DNA of 64,000 nt from Dipteris shenzhenensis. Its lineage: Eukaryota. A program made the position numbers and the translations under genes. The notes beneath the pieces were generated by a model. That model made no database searches and was not told where the DNA came from. It was given only the letters and a program-made list of their open reading frames with translations. The stretch is from assembly GCA_047967505.1 (NCBI GenBank), contig CM106538.1. One strand, 5' to 3'. This document shows positions 12,791 through 24,063 of this stretch, in pieces; the stretch's first letter is position 1; each line of letters opens with the position of its first letter.

Positions 12791-14550
12791 CCTCCTTGCT
12801 GTAAGAGGTGGCCCCCTCCTAGGTGTAAGAGGGGATCAACTGGGCTAACCCACCTAGGTAGGGGTGGTTAGGACTCCCTTGGACCCCACAAGAGGACTTG
12901 CATTAGGCCTAATTCATTTCTTAACCCATTCCTTATGAGGCCCTTTTGAGACCCCATTTCTCCCCTAATGCATGTCAAACTTGAGTTGCTCGATGCCATC
13001 CCAACCGTGTGCAGTGCTTACTGATTATACTCACTCTTGAAATCACTGGTCTAGTGTGCTTGGGTAATAAAACAAATGCCAACGTCAAACACTTGGATTA
13101 GTTGTTGAAGGGAGAACTGTATGGTGATGAGAGAACTGAGTTCACATTACTTAGAAAAACAATACTTAGTGCACAAAACCATAAATTAATAAACAATGAA
13201 TAGGCAAACAAATTCAACTTATATTCTTTACAACCAAGCCGAGGTTGGAATGAACACTCAATATATCAGCTTCCTAACCTATCAAGCTTAGGTGAGAGGG
13301 AGAGTACTCATCACACTTTTCTATGCCCTTCTCCCTGTTACATAGCCTTTTACTAACTAAGAAGACTTCCTTCTAAAAGACATAGCACTTGGTGCACTTA
13401 CAACCACTTGCACCTATAGCTGTGAAGGGTGCTCGGTCCAAAACTTTTAATTGCTTCTACCACCTCCAAGCAAGACTACACTCGATAACTACACTCTTGT
13501 GTTAGTCTAAAACTTGCAATCCTATTGGCCTTACCCGAGGGCTAACAAACAGATGCAAATCTCACTCCCAAAGCTCTCCATAGCCAACATCAACTTCCAA
13601 CCCATGACAAATTGCAATCATCTAGAGATTACCAAGCTCTCAGAGCACGTGTCAAAGATGATTTCACCATCAAGTGTATTGTTTTTTGGCATGGACCTGA
13701 CCTATTAAACAAGCAATCCAAACCTTCTCTCAAAATAGCAAATGGAAAATGGAAATCATATAGTAAAGTAAGATGGATAGTGAATTGTAGCTTGGCCATT
13801 CACTACTCATAACTCAAAACTCATCAACAAGGGGATCACCCTCCAAACTGGCAAAGTGAATTGCCACCACATACCCCATGAACTGCTTGATGTGAGAAAA
13901 GCATGCTAGATATTGTTGCAACACAGCACTGGGTTTAGAAACCAGCTTGCAATGATCTTTGAGTGAGGAGGATAATGGCAATGCCAAGGTAGGCTCAGGT
14001 GAACGACAGAGTCAATGGCAAGGAAACACCAAAAAGATGTAGATTGAAAAAGCAACCCTAGAAAGCTGTAGACACGTAATGCTAGAAGGATGAACTAGAA
14101 AGTAAATATTAAGGCAACACCAAAAAGATGTAGATTGAAGCGGCAATGTCAGAAAGTTGTAGAGTGAGGTAGTGTTAGAAGGCTATAGATTGAATTGGAT
14201 TGGTTGGAGATAATCGAATAAAGTTGAGTGTTAAGGACAAGTAAGAGAGAGAAAATGATTGAGTGAAATCGAATAAAGCTGAGTGTTAAGGACAAGTAAG
14301 AGAAAGAAAATGATTGAGTGACTAAGACTTTGGGCATGAAATAAAGGCACAGATTTTGCATGAGGAAAAGCTAAGCAGTGATGCAAATGGCTTTGAGGAA
14401 ATAGAGCTGCAAATTTTGCATGAGGATAAGAGGTGATGCTCGGGGGGGTCACTATGTATAAAGCCTCTAATCACGTGTGTTCAAGGCCTATTTCTAAATA
14501 CCTTATCTGTAAATTTTTCATTAATAAAAAGTACCCTTTTTCTATACAAA

Positions 14551-16347
14551 CACAACACAAAGCAACTATAGATGCACTTGATAGACGTGCAAAATAGCGG
14601 GCATGTCTATAGGCATTGCTTGAATAGAGAAATTATGGGTGCGTCTAATAGCGCTTCTAATAGCTCATCTATTTGTGTGTGTATTAACACGTCTATTAGT
14701 GTGTCTACATTGAGAAAATACGGGCCCGTCTAACATTGCGTCTATCAGTGCATGTATTTGTGCGTATATTAGTGCATCTATTAGCGCGTCTACACTGAGA
14801 ATTAGACATGTATTTAGATGCTAAACATAGAATACAGAAAGTGAGATTTTGGTGTACATCATTGCTTTCCAAACATTGCCCATGATTACCAAAGCACATA
14901 ATTTTAAGAAAAACATCAATGCTTTTTTGCAAGCCCACATATACAAGAATTAAGTGAGGTGAGGAGAATGAGACAATATGTCAAATAGTTTTGCCAATAT
15001 CAATGATGGGGGCTACGGTTCAATCTCATCCTCAATGAGATCAACCCTTGCCAAACTATCTACTTCAAAATCCAAACAAGTGTTTAGATCTACAAATACA
15101 TTCAACCCATTACTACTTGTGCTACTCATGTGCTCATCGAAATCAGCATCACCAATGGTATGCTCGTCCTCACGAGTAATGGCCTCAATATCTATATCTC
15201 CTATCTCATGATCATCCTCCTCTCTCATATCACAGTCATCATCACCTCCATGGCCACGATCATCCTCCATACGCTCCATATTAGTAAATGTACTATACAT
15301 CACTTTGGAACGTGGCATAATAGGTATGACATGCCACCATCTATTATTATCCACCATTGGTTGATAGACAACCTAATTCAACCACAAATACAATCATATT
15401 ATTTTCCTTGCATCGAAGGTATCAAATATTTAAAAGCGAGTATTTTTATATGTGTGCACAGTACCTGTTCACATTGTTGCGGTAGTACTAGTGTGTCCTT
15501 CCTACTTTGCCAAAACTTTATGGAGTCAATAGTTACAAAGCCACTTGCATGGCATTTGATTGTTGCATTAGGGCCTCTTTCCACCACGTCCTTAAACCAC
15601 TTTACATCCAAAACATACACAGATCGATTAGTCGTAGAAGTAGTGCAAGCTACTCTTTTCTGTACTTAAAGCCACTGGCTTGGCTTCATGCCTCTTGTAT
15701 ATACACTCCTCTTATTTTTTGTACTTGAAGCCATATGATGTGGCTTAGCTTCGTGCTATTTGTACATACAAGCACTTTTTGAGCTTTCAATTTTCTTGTG
15801 CAACATTCTATCAATTAATGCCTTGTGAACTAAATGTTTTGGAGTTGTAATGTTTTATTTGGAATTGTAATTGTTGGCTATAGACATGCTTCCAAGAGTG
15901 CTAATTAAAATGCGGTTGGCTGTAAGAATTGAATTACACAATGTGGAAATGGGATTCTTGTAACTACATAGCATACACAACATACACATCATTCTATAAA
16001 TTTAAAAAATATTATGTAGCACGTCTATCAGTGCATCTATAAATGCATCTATATGTGTGTCTATCTATTCGAGGAGCATCTATTCGTGCGTCTATAAAAG
16101 CATCTATAAGACCGTTTATAAATGTGTCTATACATGCGTTTAACGATGCGTCTGTCTGTTTTTTAAATTTTCTAGCAGAGCATCTATTTACGTGTCTATA
16201 TGCACGTCTATATGCACGTCTGTCTGCAATATAGATGTGCCGTTAGACGCGGGTCTTTAGACACGTAAATAGACATGCTCGTAAGTTTTTTTTTAGGTTC
16301 AATAAATGCGTCTGTGTGCGCGTTTGTAGGTGCTTTGTCTTGTTGTG
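14551..16347. mobile_element. En/Spm (CACTA-superfamily) element with CACAA termini: left end, TnpD C-terminal piece and duplicated right end
   Basis: Left TIR cacaacacaaagca, right TIR tgctttgtcttgttgtg, 3-bp TSD AAA, and dense gc(g/a)tctata/tataga(c/t)gc subterminal repeats in both orientations. Abrupt internal junction at 15620/15621. Confidence 0.85.
15013..15620 (-). pseudogene. CACTA TnpD C-terminal fragment (DUF4216-like) with acidic tail
   Basis: YVLDVKWF...HASGFVTID...DTLVLPQQCEQV, a probable intron, then NRWWHVI..PR and a D/E-rich tail. Confidence 0.75.
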
Positions 16348-17726
16348 AAATCTATCAAAATTTCCCAAAAGTGTTTTAAATACTCCCTTATCTAAATTAA
16401 CTTCTGTTAAATTTAGATATTAAAAACATCCTTCTGTTGAACTCACGTGATAGGGTTACGTATGATGAGTGACCCCCCTGAGAAGTGATGCAAATGACAA
16501 AGACAAGTTTGTGAGTTACTATGTTGGGAAACACATTATGTTGAGAAAGTACATGATTTGAATGTGTGAGTCTCCAATGGGTATAATACTTTGCACAGGC
16601 TTCAATATCACCTACTTTAAGGCCTTTTCAAACAACTATGCCCATCAAATATTGTTCTCCATGGTTAGGGACACATTTTTCCTTCTCTTTCACCCCCCGT
16701 CATGCACAAGTGCCGAAAGACACACATTAAGGTGTCTCATTCAAACTTGAGAGATTGCATATTGAAATGCTTGGGAAACATGATATGTTATGAAAACATG
16801 CAAGATGCTCTATATTGCTATATTCCATGTTGCAATGCTCTTCAAGTGACTATGCCTGTGAAACAAGAGATGCAAAAGTTATGTTGAGTTCAATAAGAGA
16901 TGCAAAAGTTATGATGAGTTCAATTCAGTATGTATCTTTTCTGTGCATTTGAAAATGATTGAACAACGTCCATCTCAATGTCAAGGTAAAAAGGCTAAAA
17001 GCACACAGAGCTCATACAACATAGGAATCATTTATGGTGAAAAAGACTAGCAACCCTCTTTAGAAGCTCTTGTCTACAAAGCACGCTTCCACACACAAAA
17101 TTCACATCAATTTTGAAGGAGACACTCCTAGATTTGCTAATAATTATGAAAATCTACAAACAATCAAATATCTTTGAAAAATCTAAGTCCATAAACAGCT
17201 TCGGCTGCCCCAGTTAAATCGTCATCCCTAGAAACATATCATATGTACTAATGTCATCCAACGAAGGACAACTGGTAGAAGAAATCTTGGCTTTGTCTCA
17301 AACACAAGCAAATAGAGTAGGTATGAAATTAAAGAGTGATCTCACAACCAAATGGTAGAAGAAATCTTGTCTTTGTCTCAAACACAAGCAAATAGAGGAG
17401 GTATGAAATTAAAGAGTCTCACAAACATTCAACATTGCCCTGCTCTTGCACCATCTAGCTCATTGGTTTGCAAAACCAAACAAGAAGAAAAAAGCCATCA
17501 TCCAATACTTCAATCACCCATCTAAGTATTCCAGTGAAGAGCCGTGGCCAAAGAATACAAAGCTATCAAGCCCACATATTTTGACAAAAAGGAGTAAGCG
17601 TTAGAAGGGGAGTGTGCCAAGAAACTTTAGATGCACCATGAGAGAATACGCCACAATATTTTGAATATGCCAAGAGGTCTCCAGCTACAAGGAAGCATAC
17701 TAGATAGTAGGAAAGCAAGATGGGTT

Positions 17727-17883
17727 TGATACCATGTTGAGAGGAAGAGGAAGAGGAGAGAGAGATACAAGAGTTGCTCCCAAGGAAGTGCTTCTATTGG
17801 AGTTCTATTGACAGATCATTATAGGCATATATATAGTGGAGGGCTAAGTTGAGAGTTAGGGTGAGCTATCTATGGCTCTAACA
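17727..17883 (-). mobile_element. Short LTR (17735-17883) with tRNA-Met PBS remnant
   Basis: Minus strand tgttagagcc...ctctcaaca then tggtatca; same family as 858-1036. Confidence 0.7.
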
Positions 17884-19325
17884 GTTGTGGATCCTGGGAG
17901 AATTCATAGTCTCGGATAACCCTTAAATAATAGGGTGACAGGGCATGACATGGATGGCATGTGCAAGAGAAGTAAGTTTAGTGAAACTTCAATGAATGCA
18001 ATAGCGAAAGTTGTCAAATGTTGGGAAAAACCTATGGCTGTGTTTTGCCTCCTTTGAATGTACACATGTCACTTACTGAAGTGCCCCCTAAACGAATGGA
18101 TAAAAAAAGAAAAAGGTGAAATGGCTTGCTAGCAAGTTTCATGCAGTGGATTAAGAATTGGAATCACCTTTCATATGCTTATGCGCCCCATTGCAAGGTA
18201 GTGACTCTAAAATGAACCAATGCAAAATTACAAATAATGTGGGATTTATTAAAGAGCATTGCACATGTATGAACTTAGTTTTTTCTAGTGCATCCATTTA
18301 TGGGCGAACTAAGTTACAAATTTGTGCATTTCTTCAAAAAAAAATCCTTTTTTACCAAATAAGGAAAATTTATTAAGCTTATCCTCAAAGGTATGTTTGT
18401 AATTGCAGCACTGTATTGGAGACCCCATAGACCATAGAAAAGGTTCTCAATTGACTCTCTCCTTCGGTTTGTAGGAAGCTCAAGTCATGCGCTTTCAAAT
18501 AAAAAATTGCTTTCATATATATGTTGAACAATTATTTGATTTTCTAAAACTTTTTAGATATCCTATTCAAATTTGTGAAATTTCATTACGAAATGCATAA
18601 GTTATGAATTGATCAAGTTAGGCATATGCAATATATTCCCTGAACTTCACAAAAATGTTCTATACCCAATCATGCATTGGCCCTTCACTATATATAAGTC
18701 TATGTATCATGTGTGTTCAAAGCCTAATTTAAATGTTCCTTATTTGTTACATTTTTATCAATAAAATGCACCCTTTTTTAATTCAATATGTGAGTAACAA
18801 TTTAAATGGTACCCTTTTGTAGGTGAAAAAATGTGCTAGTTTTAAAAAAAGTCCCTTGTATTGAACCCATGTGTAATGCTTTCATATTTGTGAGTGACCC
18901 CATTGGAGCAACTCCACTTTGCGTAGCACTTCTTGCATTCAGATGGGAATGTAAGGACATGATTCTAGGTGGATGCCTTCTCCAATATAAGGTCCTCTTT
19001 TTGGATGGGTTTTTGAGTTCGTTCGTGGTCTCCTCATCTTTGTAGTTAGGCAACTATCGGCCTAGTTTTTTGGCCTTTTCCTGGGTTTTGGCCATGGGGA
19101 TGGAGAGAAAGAGGGAGAGCATGTGAGACAAAGGGTGAGGTGGGGATTAAGGGCAAGTGGAAGAAGGTGTGGGAGTGGAGAATTCTTAAAACCCAGAAAT
19201 AAAAATGAGTATAGGGCCCAAAACCTTAAATTTAAAAAATGCTAGTTTTCAATTCTAAACTCCAAAACATAAAATCTACTCAATCTTGAACTAAAAACTT
19301 ATAATTAAAATGCGTGCAACCCAAG

Positions 19326-19877
19326 TTTTTCCTTTTGTATTATAATTCATAGCATGTATATACTGACGTTATTGTAGATCGCATAACTAAGAACTTGTTA
19401 TTCAACAATAAAAAGATGGGTGAGCTTTTTACCTATGTTTCTTTGAGAATCCTAGCAAAATTACTCCACCTCTTGCAAGTGGGTGCAATTTTTTCCTTTT
19501 GTATTATAATTTATAGCATGTCTATATTGACATAATTGTAGATCACATAACTAAGAACAATAATTATGTCTATATTGACATAATTGTAGATCACATATTG
19601 TCTATATTGACATAATTGTTATTCAACAATAAAAACATGGGTGAGCTTTTGACCTATGTTTCTTTGAGAATCCTAGCAAAATAACTCCTTCACCTCTTGC
19701 AAGAGGGTGCAATTTTTTCCTTTTGTATTATAATTCATAGCATGTCTATACTAACGTAACTGTAGATCACATAACTAAGAACTTGTTATTCAATAATAAA
19801 AACATGGGTGAGCTTTTTACCTATGTTTCTTTGAGAATCCTAGCAAAATTACTCCTTCACCTCTTGCAAGTGGGTGC
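19326..19877. repeat. Tandem repeat, ~165-bp unit x3, middle unit internally expanded
   Basis: ttttccttttgtattataatt.atagcatgt...gagaatcctagcaaaat...cttgcaag.gggtgc repeated three times. Confidence 0.9.
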
Positions 19878-20523
19878 CAATACCACTTGTCGAGATACTA
19901 GCAATAGATAGAGTTTGTTAGAAAGTAAGCCTAGTGATTGGTGGGAGAAGCAAATGTGCAAATGGATTTGGAAACAATGGGCATCAAAATGCTAGTGTGG
20001 GGAAGGCTTGTATCTTTTTGTGTACTAAGGCCAACACAAGAAGTGCAAGTTCATAGGTCGGTGGGGAGACAGCTGGGTGACCTGGCATTGTTTTCTAGAA
20101 GTCTCATTGTGACCTGGGTGGTCGTCTGTGGTAGATGTGCTGCTATATGTACTATGAATGTGTGAGCGACGATAGAAGCAACTGTTACGCGTGGGTGTCG
20201 ACCTTATGTAGATGGGATATATGGGGTACTGAGCAAATGTGAAATTGGTTGCAGAAAGGGCGTGGAATGCGTCACTCGTGACTATTGAGTGGTGACTATT
20301 GAGTGAGTAGTGAGAAAAACATGGGGTATCTAATAATAAGTGGGTACCATGTGAGGCCATCATATAGGACGCAAGGGTCGATATAACGGACTGGAAGCCT
20401 TTAGGACTCAAAATTGTCATGCATGGCCTCTTTAAATGCGGTACCAACTGAGGCGATCATATAGGACGAAAGGGTCGATATAAGGGACTCGAAGCCTTTA
20501 GGCATTTTTCAAAATCGTCCTGC

Positions 20524-21715
20524 ATGGCCTCTTTCGACGACCTTCTGCTGCTTCTCTCACCTCAGCTTCCTTACCTTCCCGATTTGCCAGATATCGCCCA
20601 TGATCCACACACTTCCTCTCCTTCCACGCTGTCTTCCCCTCCCCCTCACTTCTTCGAAGCTTCCTCGCCCTCAGACTTCGATCGCCTCCTTCCACAAACT
20701 ACTGCCGGATCCGTCCCCCAGCTTGGGCCCAGTTCTCTGCATCCTACAACTCGGCAGAATTTAGAAATCTGTGGGTTGCCCGGGCTCGGACAACATAGAA
20801 TTCCTGGTGGTTCCATTGAACTAGAAGGAAGAGGAATCCTGAAACGAAGAGATCCTTCTCATAGGGAGCGTGTAGTCAAGGAAAACTTGCGACGCAAAAC
20901 AATGGCCAAATTGTTCTCGAGGTTGGAGCTACTGCTGCCGCCACAAGACCTGTACACGGTATGAAATTCTTCTATTCTTTCGGTACTTCTAAACCAGCTA
21001 ATTCTGTCAGATAGGGTGCACAGGAGTATTAGGCACGACAACGCGCTTGAATGTTTTGATCCCAATCGGAGGTTAAGGCAGACTATAAACTTTTTGTTTT
21101 ATGGGATGGAAAAAGTTTGACAGGTGCAGCCTCCTAGACGCCACAATGACGTACATACGCTCCTTACAGAAATCGGCTGCAGAACTTTCCGAGACAATTA
21201 ATGCCATGCAATCTTCGAGCACACGCAAGCAAGTTGTCACGATATCTGACATCGGCAGCTCCCCGACCACAACTAGCACTGATGTGGAGCAGCAAACGCC
21301 ACTAGTTGTAGTAAAGTCTGTTTTGACAGACGTTTGCATAAGTGCTGTATGCAACAACAGAGATCCCTTGCTATTTTCATGCTTGCTATCGGTGGTGCAA
21401 ACACAAGAACTCCAAGTCTTGAACGCAACACGCTCACAGAAAGAGGAAACGGTCTTATACACCATCCATGCGAAGGTAAAACTATTCGTTGCTATCATCC
21501 AGCACGATGCGCTTGTTTGTTCTGATCAAAACCAGATTAGGAAAGGTGCCCGTTGGAGGAGCTCCAGCTTATAGCATTTTACAATATTTCGACCTAGATG
21601 TGCTGTGATACCATCATCCATGGTTGTGGGTTGGGTGCAGATCCCAGAGACGGTTAAGCTGCGCGAGCAACTCCTCAAGGATCAGCTTTACGATTTGCTA
21701 GGTGCAAAGCCCTAG
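20524..21715 (+). CDS. bHLH transcription factor with C-terminal ACT-like domain, copy 1; exons 20524-20958, 21116-21475, 21641-21715; 289 aa
   Basis: Basic/helix 1 RVVKENLRRKTMAKLFSRLELLLP, helix 2 DRCSLLDATMTYIRSLQ and ACT-like LLSVVQTQELQVLNATRSQKEETVLYTIHAK. Two phase-0 GT-AG introns give an open frame ending LGAKP*. Confidence 0.88.
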
Positions 21716-22019
21716 GGGTTTGGGAGCTGGGTTTGGAGAGAAAGATTGCAGTGCAGTCTGCACGGCTTCCTGGCCAAAGAGGCTAAAAAGTGTCTACAGC
21801 CTATCCATTGTCTTTCGTCAACAGCAACAGCCTCTGTTACGCCGTGCTTCAGAGGGCAATCTGAACGAACGGCTTGAATATGGAGCTAGTTTAATACAAT
21901 GCTTTTCGCAACTCGGGACCACCCGTGAAAATTTTTTCGCAACCAATCAAATTAACGACCCTGAGTACATTTCCTGGTTTTACACTAAATTACTCAACAT
22001 CTTAACCTATAATTTGTAA

Positions 22020-22071
22020 CGAGTAGCCTGACCCGTCTACGACGGGTTGGAGACCCGCTCTGCTGGGTCTC
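22020..22071 (-). terminator. Helitron 3' terminal signal: two hairpins plus CTCG
   Basis: Plus strand: acccgtc-tac-gacgggt (22031-22047), gagaccc-gctctgct-gggtctc (22050-22071), cgag at 22020-22023. Confidence 0.8.
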
Positions 22072-22174
22072 AAGGTGGGATCTTTAATTTCAAAAGAGAA
22101 ATTCTGAAGTTCCAACACTGGAACCGCTTGGCTTGGCTCACTTAGTGTAATTTTGTCCAACAGCTTTCCTAAAA

Positions 22175-22730
22175 CCCCCTCTCTGCTTTCATACATAAAA
22201 TTTTGCAAGATTAAGTGCATAAAATTCATGAATTTGTTTGAATTAAACATGTTTGTATGCATATCCCCTCTCTGCTTTCATACATGGAATTTTGCAAGAT
22301 TACGTGCGTAATGCATTGTATGCCAAATGTAAGGCTAGATTGCAACACAATCAATTTTGGTTTATGGGATACATTAGTTTCAGTGTAAATAAATAAAATT
22401 CATGAATTTATTTGAATTAAACACGTTTGTATGCATATCCTCTCTCTGCTTTCATACATGGAACTTTGCAAGATTACGTGTGTAATGCATTGTATGCCAA
22501 TGTAGTGCTAGATTGCAACACAATGAATGTTGGTTTATGGGATACATTAGTTTAAGTATAAATAAATAAAATTCATGAATTTGTTTGTATTAAACATGTT
22601 TGTATGCATATCCCCTCTTTGCTTTCATATATGGAATTTTGCAAGATTATGTGCGTAATGCATTGTATGCCAATGTAGTGCTAGATTGTAACGCAATCAA
22701 TCTTGGTCTATAGAATTCATGATTTTTTTT
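22175..22730. repeat. Tandem array inside the Helitron, ~174-bp unit (about 2.6 copies) plus one ~90-bp deleted unit
   Basis: cc.ctct.tgctttcata.at..aa.tttgcaagatta.gtg recurs near 22176, 22265, 22439 and 22612. Confidence 0.9.
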
Positions 22731-22931
22731 GAAATAAACGTGTTTGAGTATAAATAAATAGAATTTATGAATTTGTTTGAGTATAAACGTATATGTGCAT
22801 GCTTCAATAAACACAACAAAATAAGATTTACTTAAAATTAGCATACCTAACAAAATATACGCTCTATAAAAGAGTACTACAAAATCTTACAAATTCATAT
22901 ATCTACATACAGAGTGTCTATATCAGCTCCC

Positions 22932-23646
22932 CTAAGAAAATAGACTACGTCTATGTCCCACCCCACGCACCACCACACGTGCGCGGCGTCGACCTACGCA
23001 AGGCAAAAAGATCATTTAAGAATTATAATCATTAAATCAAAGAAAATTTAGAATTGTGTCTTAATAATACTCCACATTAATTAGAATACTTACGCTGGCG
23101 CACAGGAGTGTGTATGTGGTACATAAATGCATATACAAAGTCTCCGTTCGCCCCTCGATAAAATACATCTGTTCCCATCGGCTCCAGGTACCCAATGAAG
23201 CGCACATAGATGGTCTGGGGACTATTATTCCCAGCAAGACGCTGAGAACTCACGGCAAAATATCCAAGATTGAGACGTTCCACCCCATCATACGCTGGAC
23301 CGAGGAGATTCATTGCAAAACTTGAGTCGGGAACCGCCCTAAAGGAAAACAATATCATGTTTATTCACTTATATATGTAACCTAAGTAGCTTTCACCTAT
23401 ATGAAAAAAATTTAAAAAATATATATATATATATATATAGGTATCTACCCAATAAAGCTCTCCAATTCCAAGATGTCAACCAATAGCTGGGCGCGCACCC
23501 CAGCTCTCCAACCATCGGGATCTGTATATTCCTAAAGGTAAATGACTATACTATTAAATAAGTCAACTTAGCAACTGACTACTACACAATTATGTACCTG
23601 CTACCTGTACAGTTGTCTCGGTGGTGAATGTAAATGACGCTGCCAT
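22932..23646 (-). CDS. Helitron-borne 4-exon orphan gene, 143 aa; exons 23646-23605, 23531-23449, 23338-23094, 22993-22932
   Basis: Three AT-rich GT-AG introns (73, 110, 100 nt) with compatible phases 0, 2, 1 join four GC-richer exons into one open frame: MAASFTFTTETTVQEYTDPDGWRAGVRAQLLVDILELESFIGAVPDSSFAMNLLGPAYDGVERLNLGYFAVSSQRLAGNNSPQTIYVRFIGYLEPMGTDVFYRGANGDFVYAFMYHIHTPVRQRRRRARVVVRGVGHRRSLFS*. Confidence 0.75.
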
Positions 23647-24063
23647 CCTATCATATCATATTACAATAACAATACATATCATATTACAGTAACAATAGAT
23701 GTGTCAACGTAAATATAGAGAAGAAATTAAAAGGCTTCACCAAGCCACAAATTAAAAAGAAAATTAGTTATAGTACATTTGATAATCCATAATTTGAAGA
23801 AAAAATAACAATGTGTGAACCCATAAAACTCACAAAAATCATACATTGTCAAAATTCTGGAGACGACATTGTTTGAATGGAATATGGAATGAGCTCATGA
23901 AAATTATACAAAAATAGTCATCACCAATTTTTAATCCACACTTCAAAGGCTTACAATTGATAGACCTTTGATCGCCTAAAAGAACACAACGATACAAAAA
24001 AGACTGTGAAAATTTGTCACCCACCAAAGTCTGAAGAGGCTTTCAAAGAGCATTGGCATACTG

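Larger units (their letters stand above)
14439..16482. mobile_element. MITE with CTCRGGGGGGTCACT TIRs, split by a CACAA-ended element (halves 14439-14550 and 16351-16482)
   Basis: The joined halves match the intact copy at 39297-39542. 8-bp TSD aggtgatg/aagtgatg (14431-14438, 16483-16490). The right half recurs at 31505-31636. Confidence 0.85.
15621..22019 (+). repeat. Segmental duplication copy 1 (6.4 kb)
   Basis: Near-identical to 30775-37172 at offset 15154 (15153 after a 1-bp indel); begins agatcgattagtcg and ends aatttgtaa. Confidence 0.97.

Noticed and set aside
12198-12871. Several overlapping Ser/Pro/Glu/Gly-rich ORFs
   Set aside because: Artefacts of a purine-rich low-complexity tract lacking stop codons.
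20025-20447. 140-aa minus-strand ORF upstream of the bHLH (also 35179-35601)
   Set aside because: Non-ATG start and no recognisable motif; it recurs only because of the duplication.
21101-21574. Standalone 157-aa ORF
   Set aside because: It is bHLH exon 2 plus intron read-through.
21702-22019. 105-aa ORF after the bHLH stop
   Set aside because: Frameshifted in copy 2 and has a non-ATG start; likely 3' UTR or flank.
23077-23358. Standalone 93-aa ORF
   Set aside because: Its ends are intronic (polypyrimidine-AG and GTAAGT); reinterpreted as exon 3 of the spliced gene.
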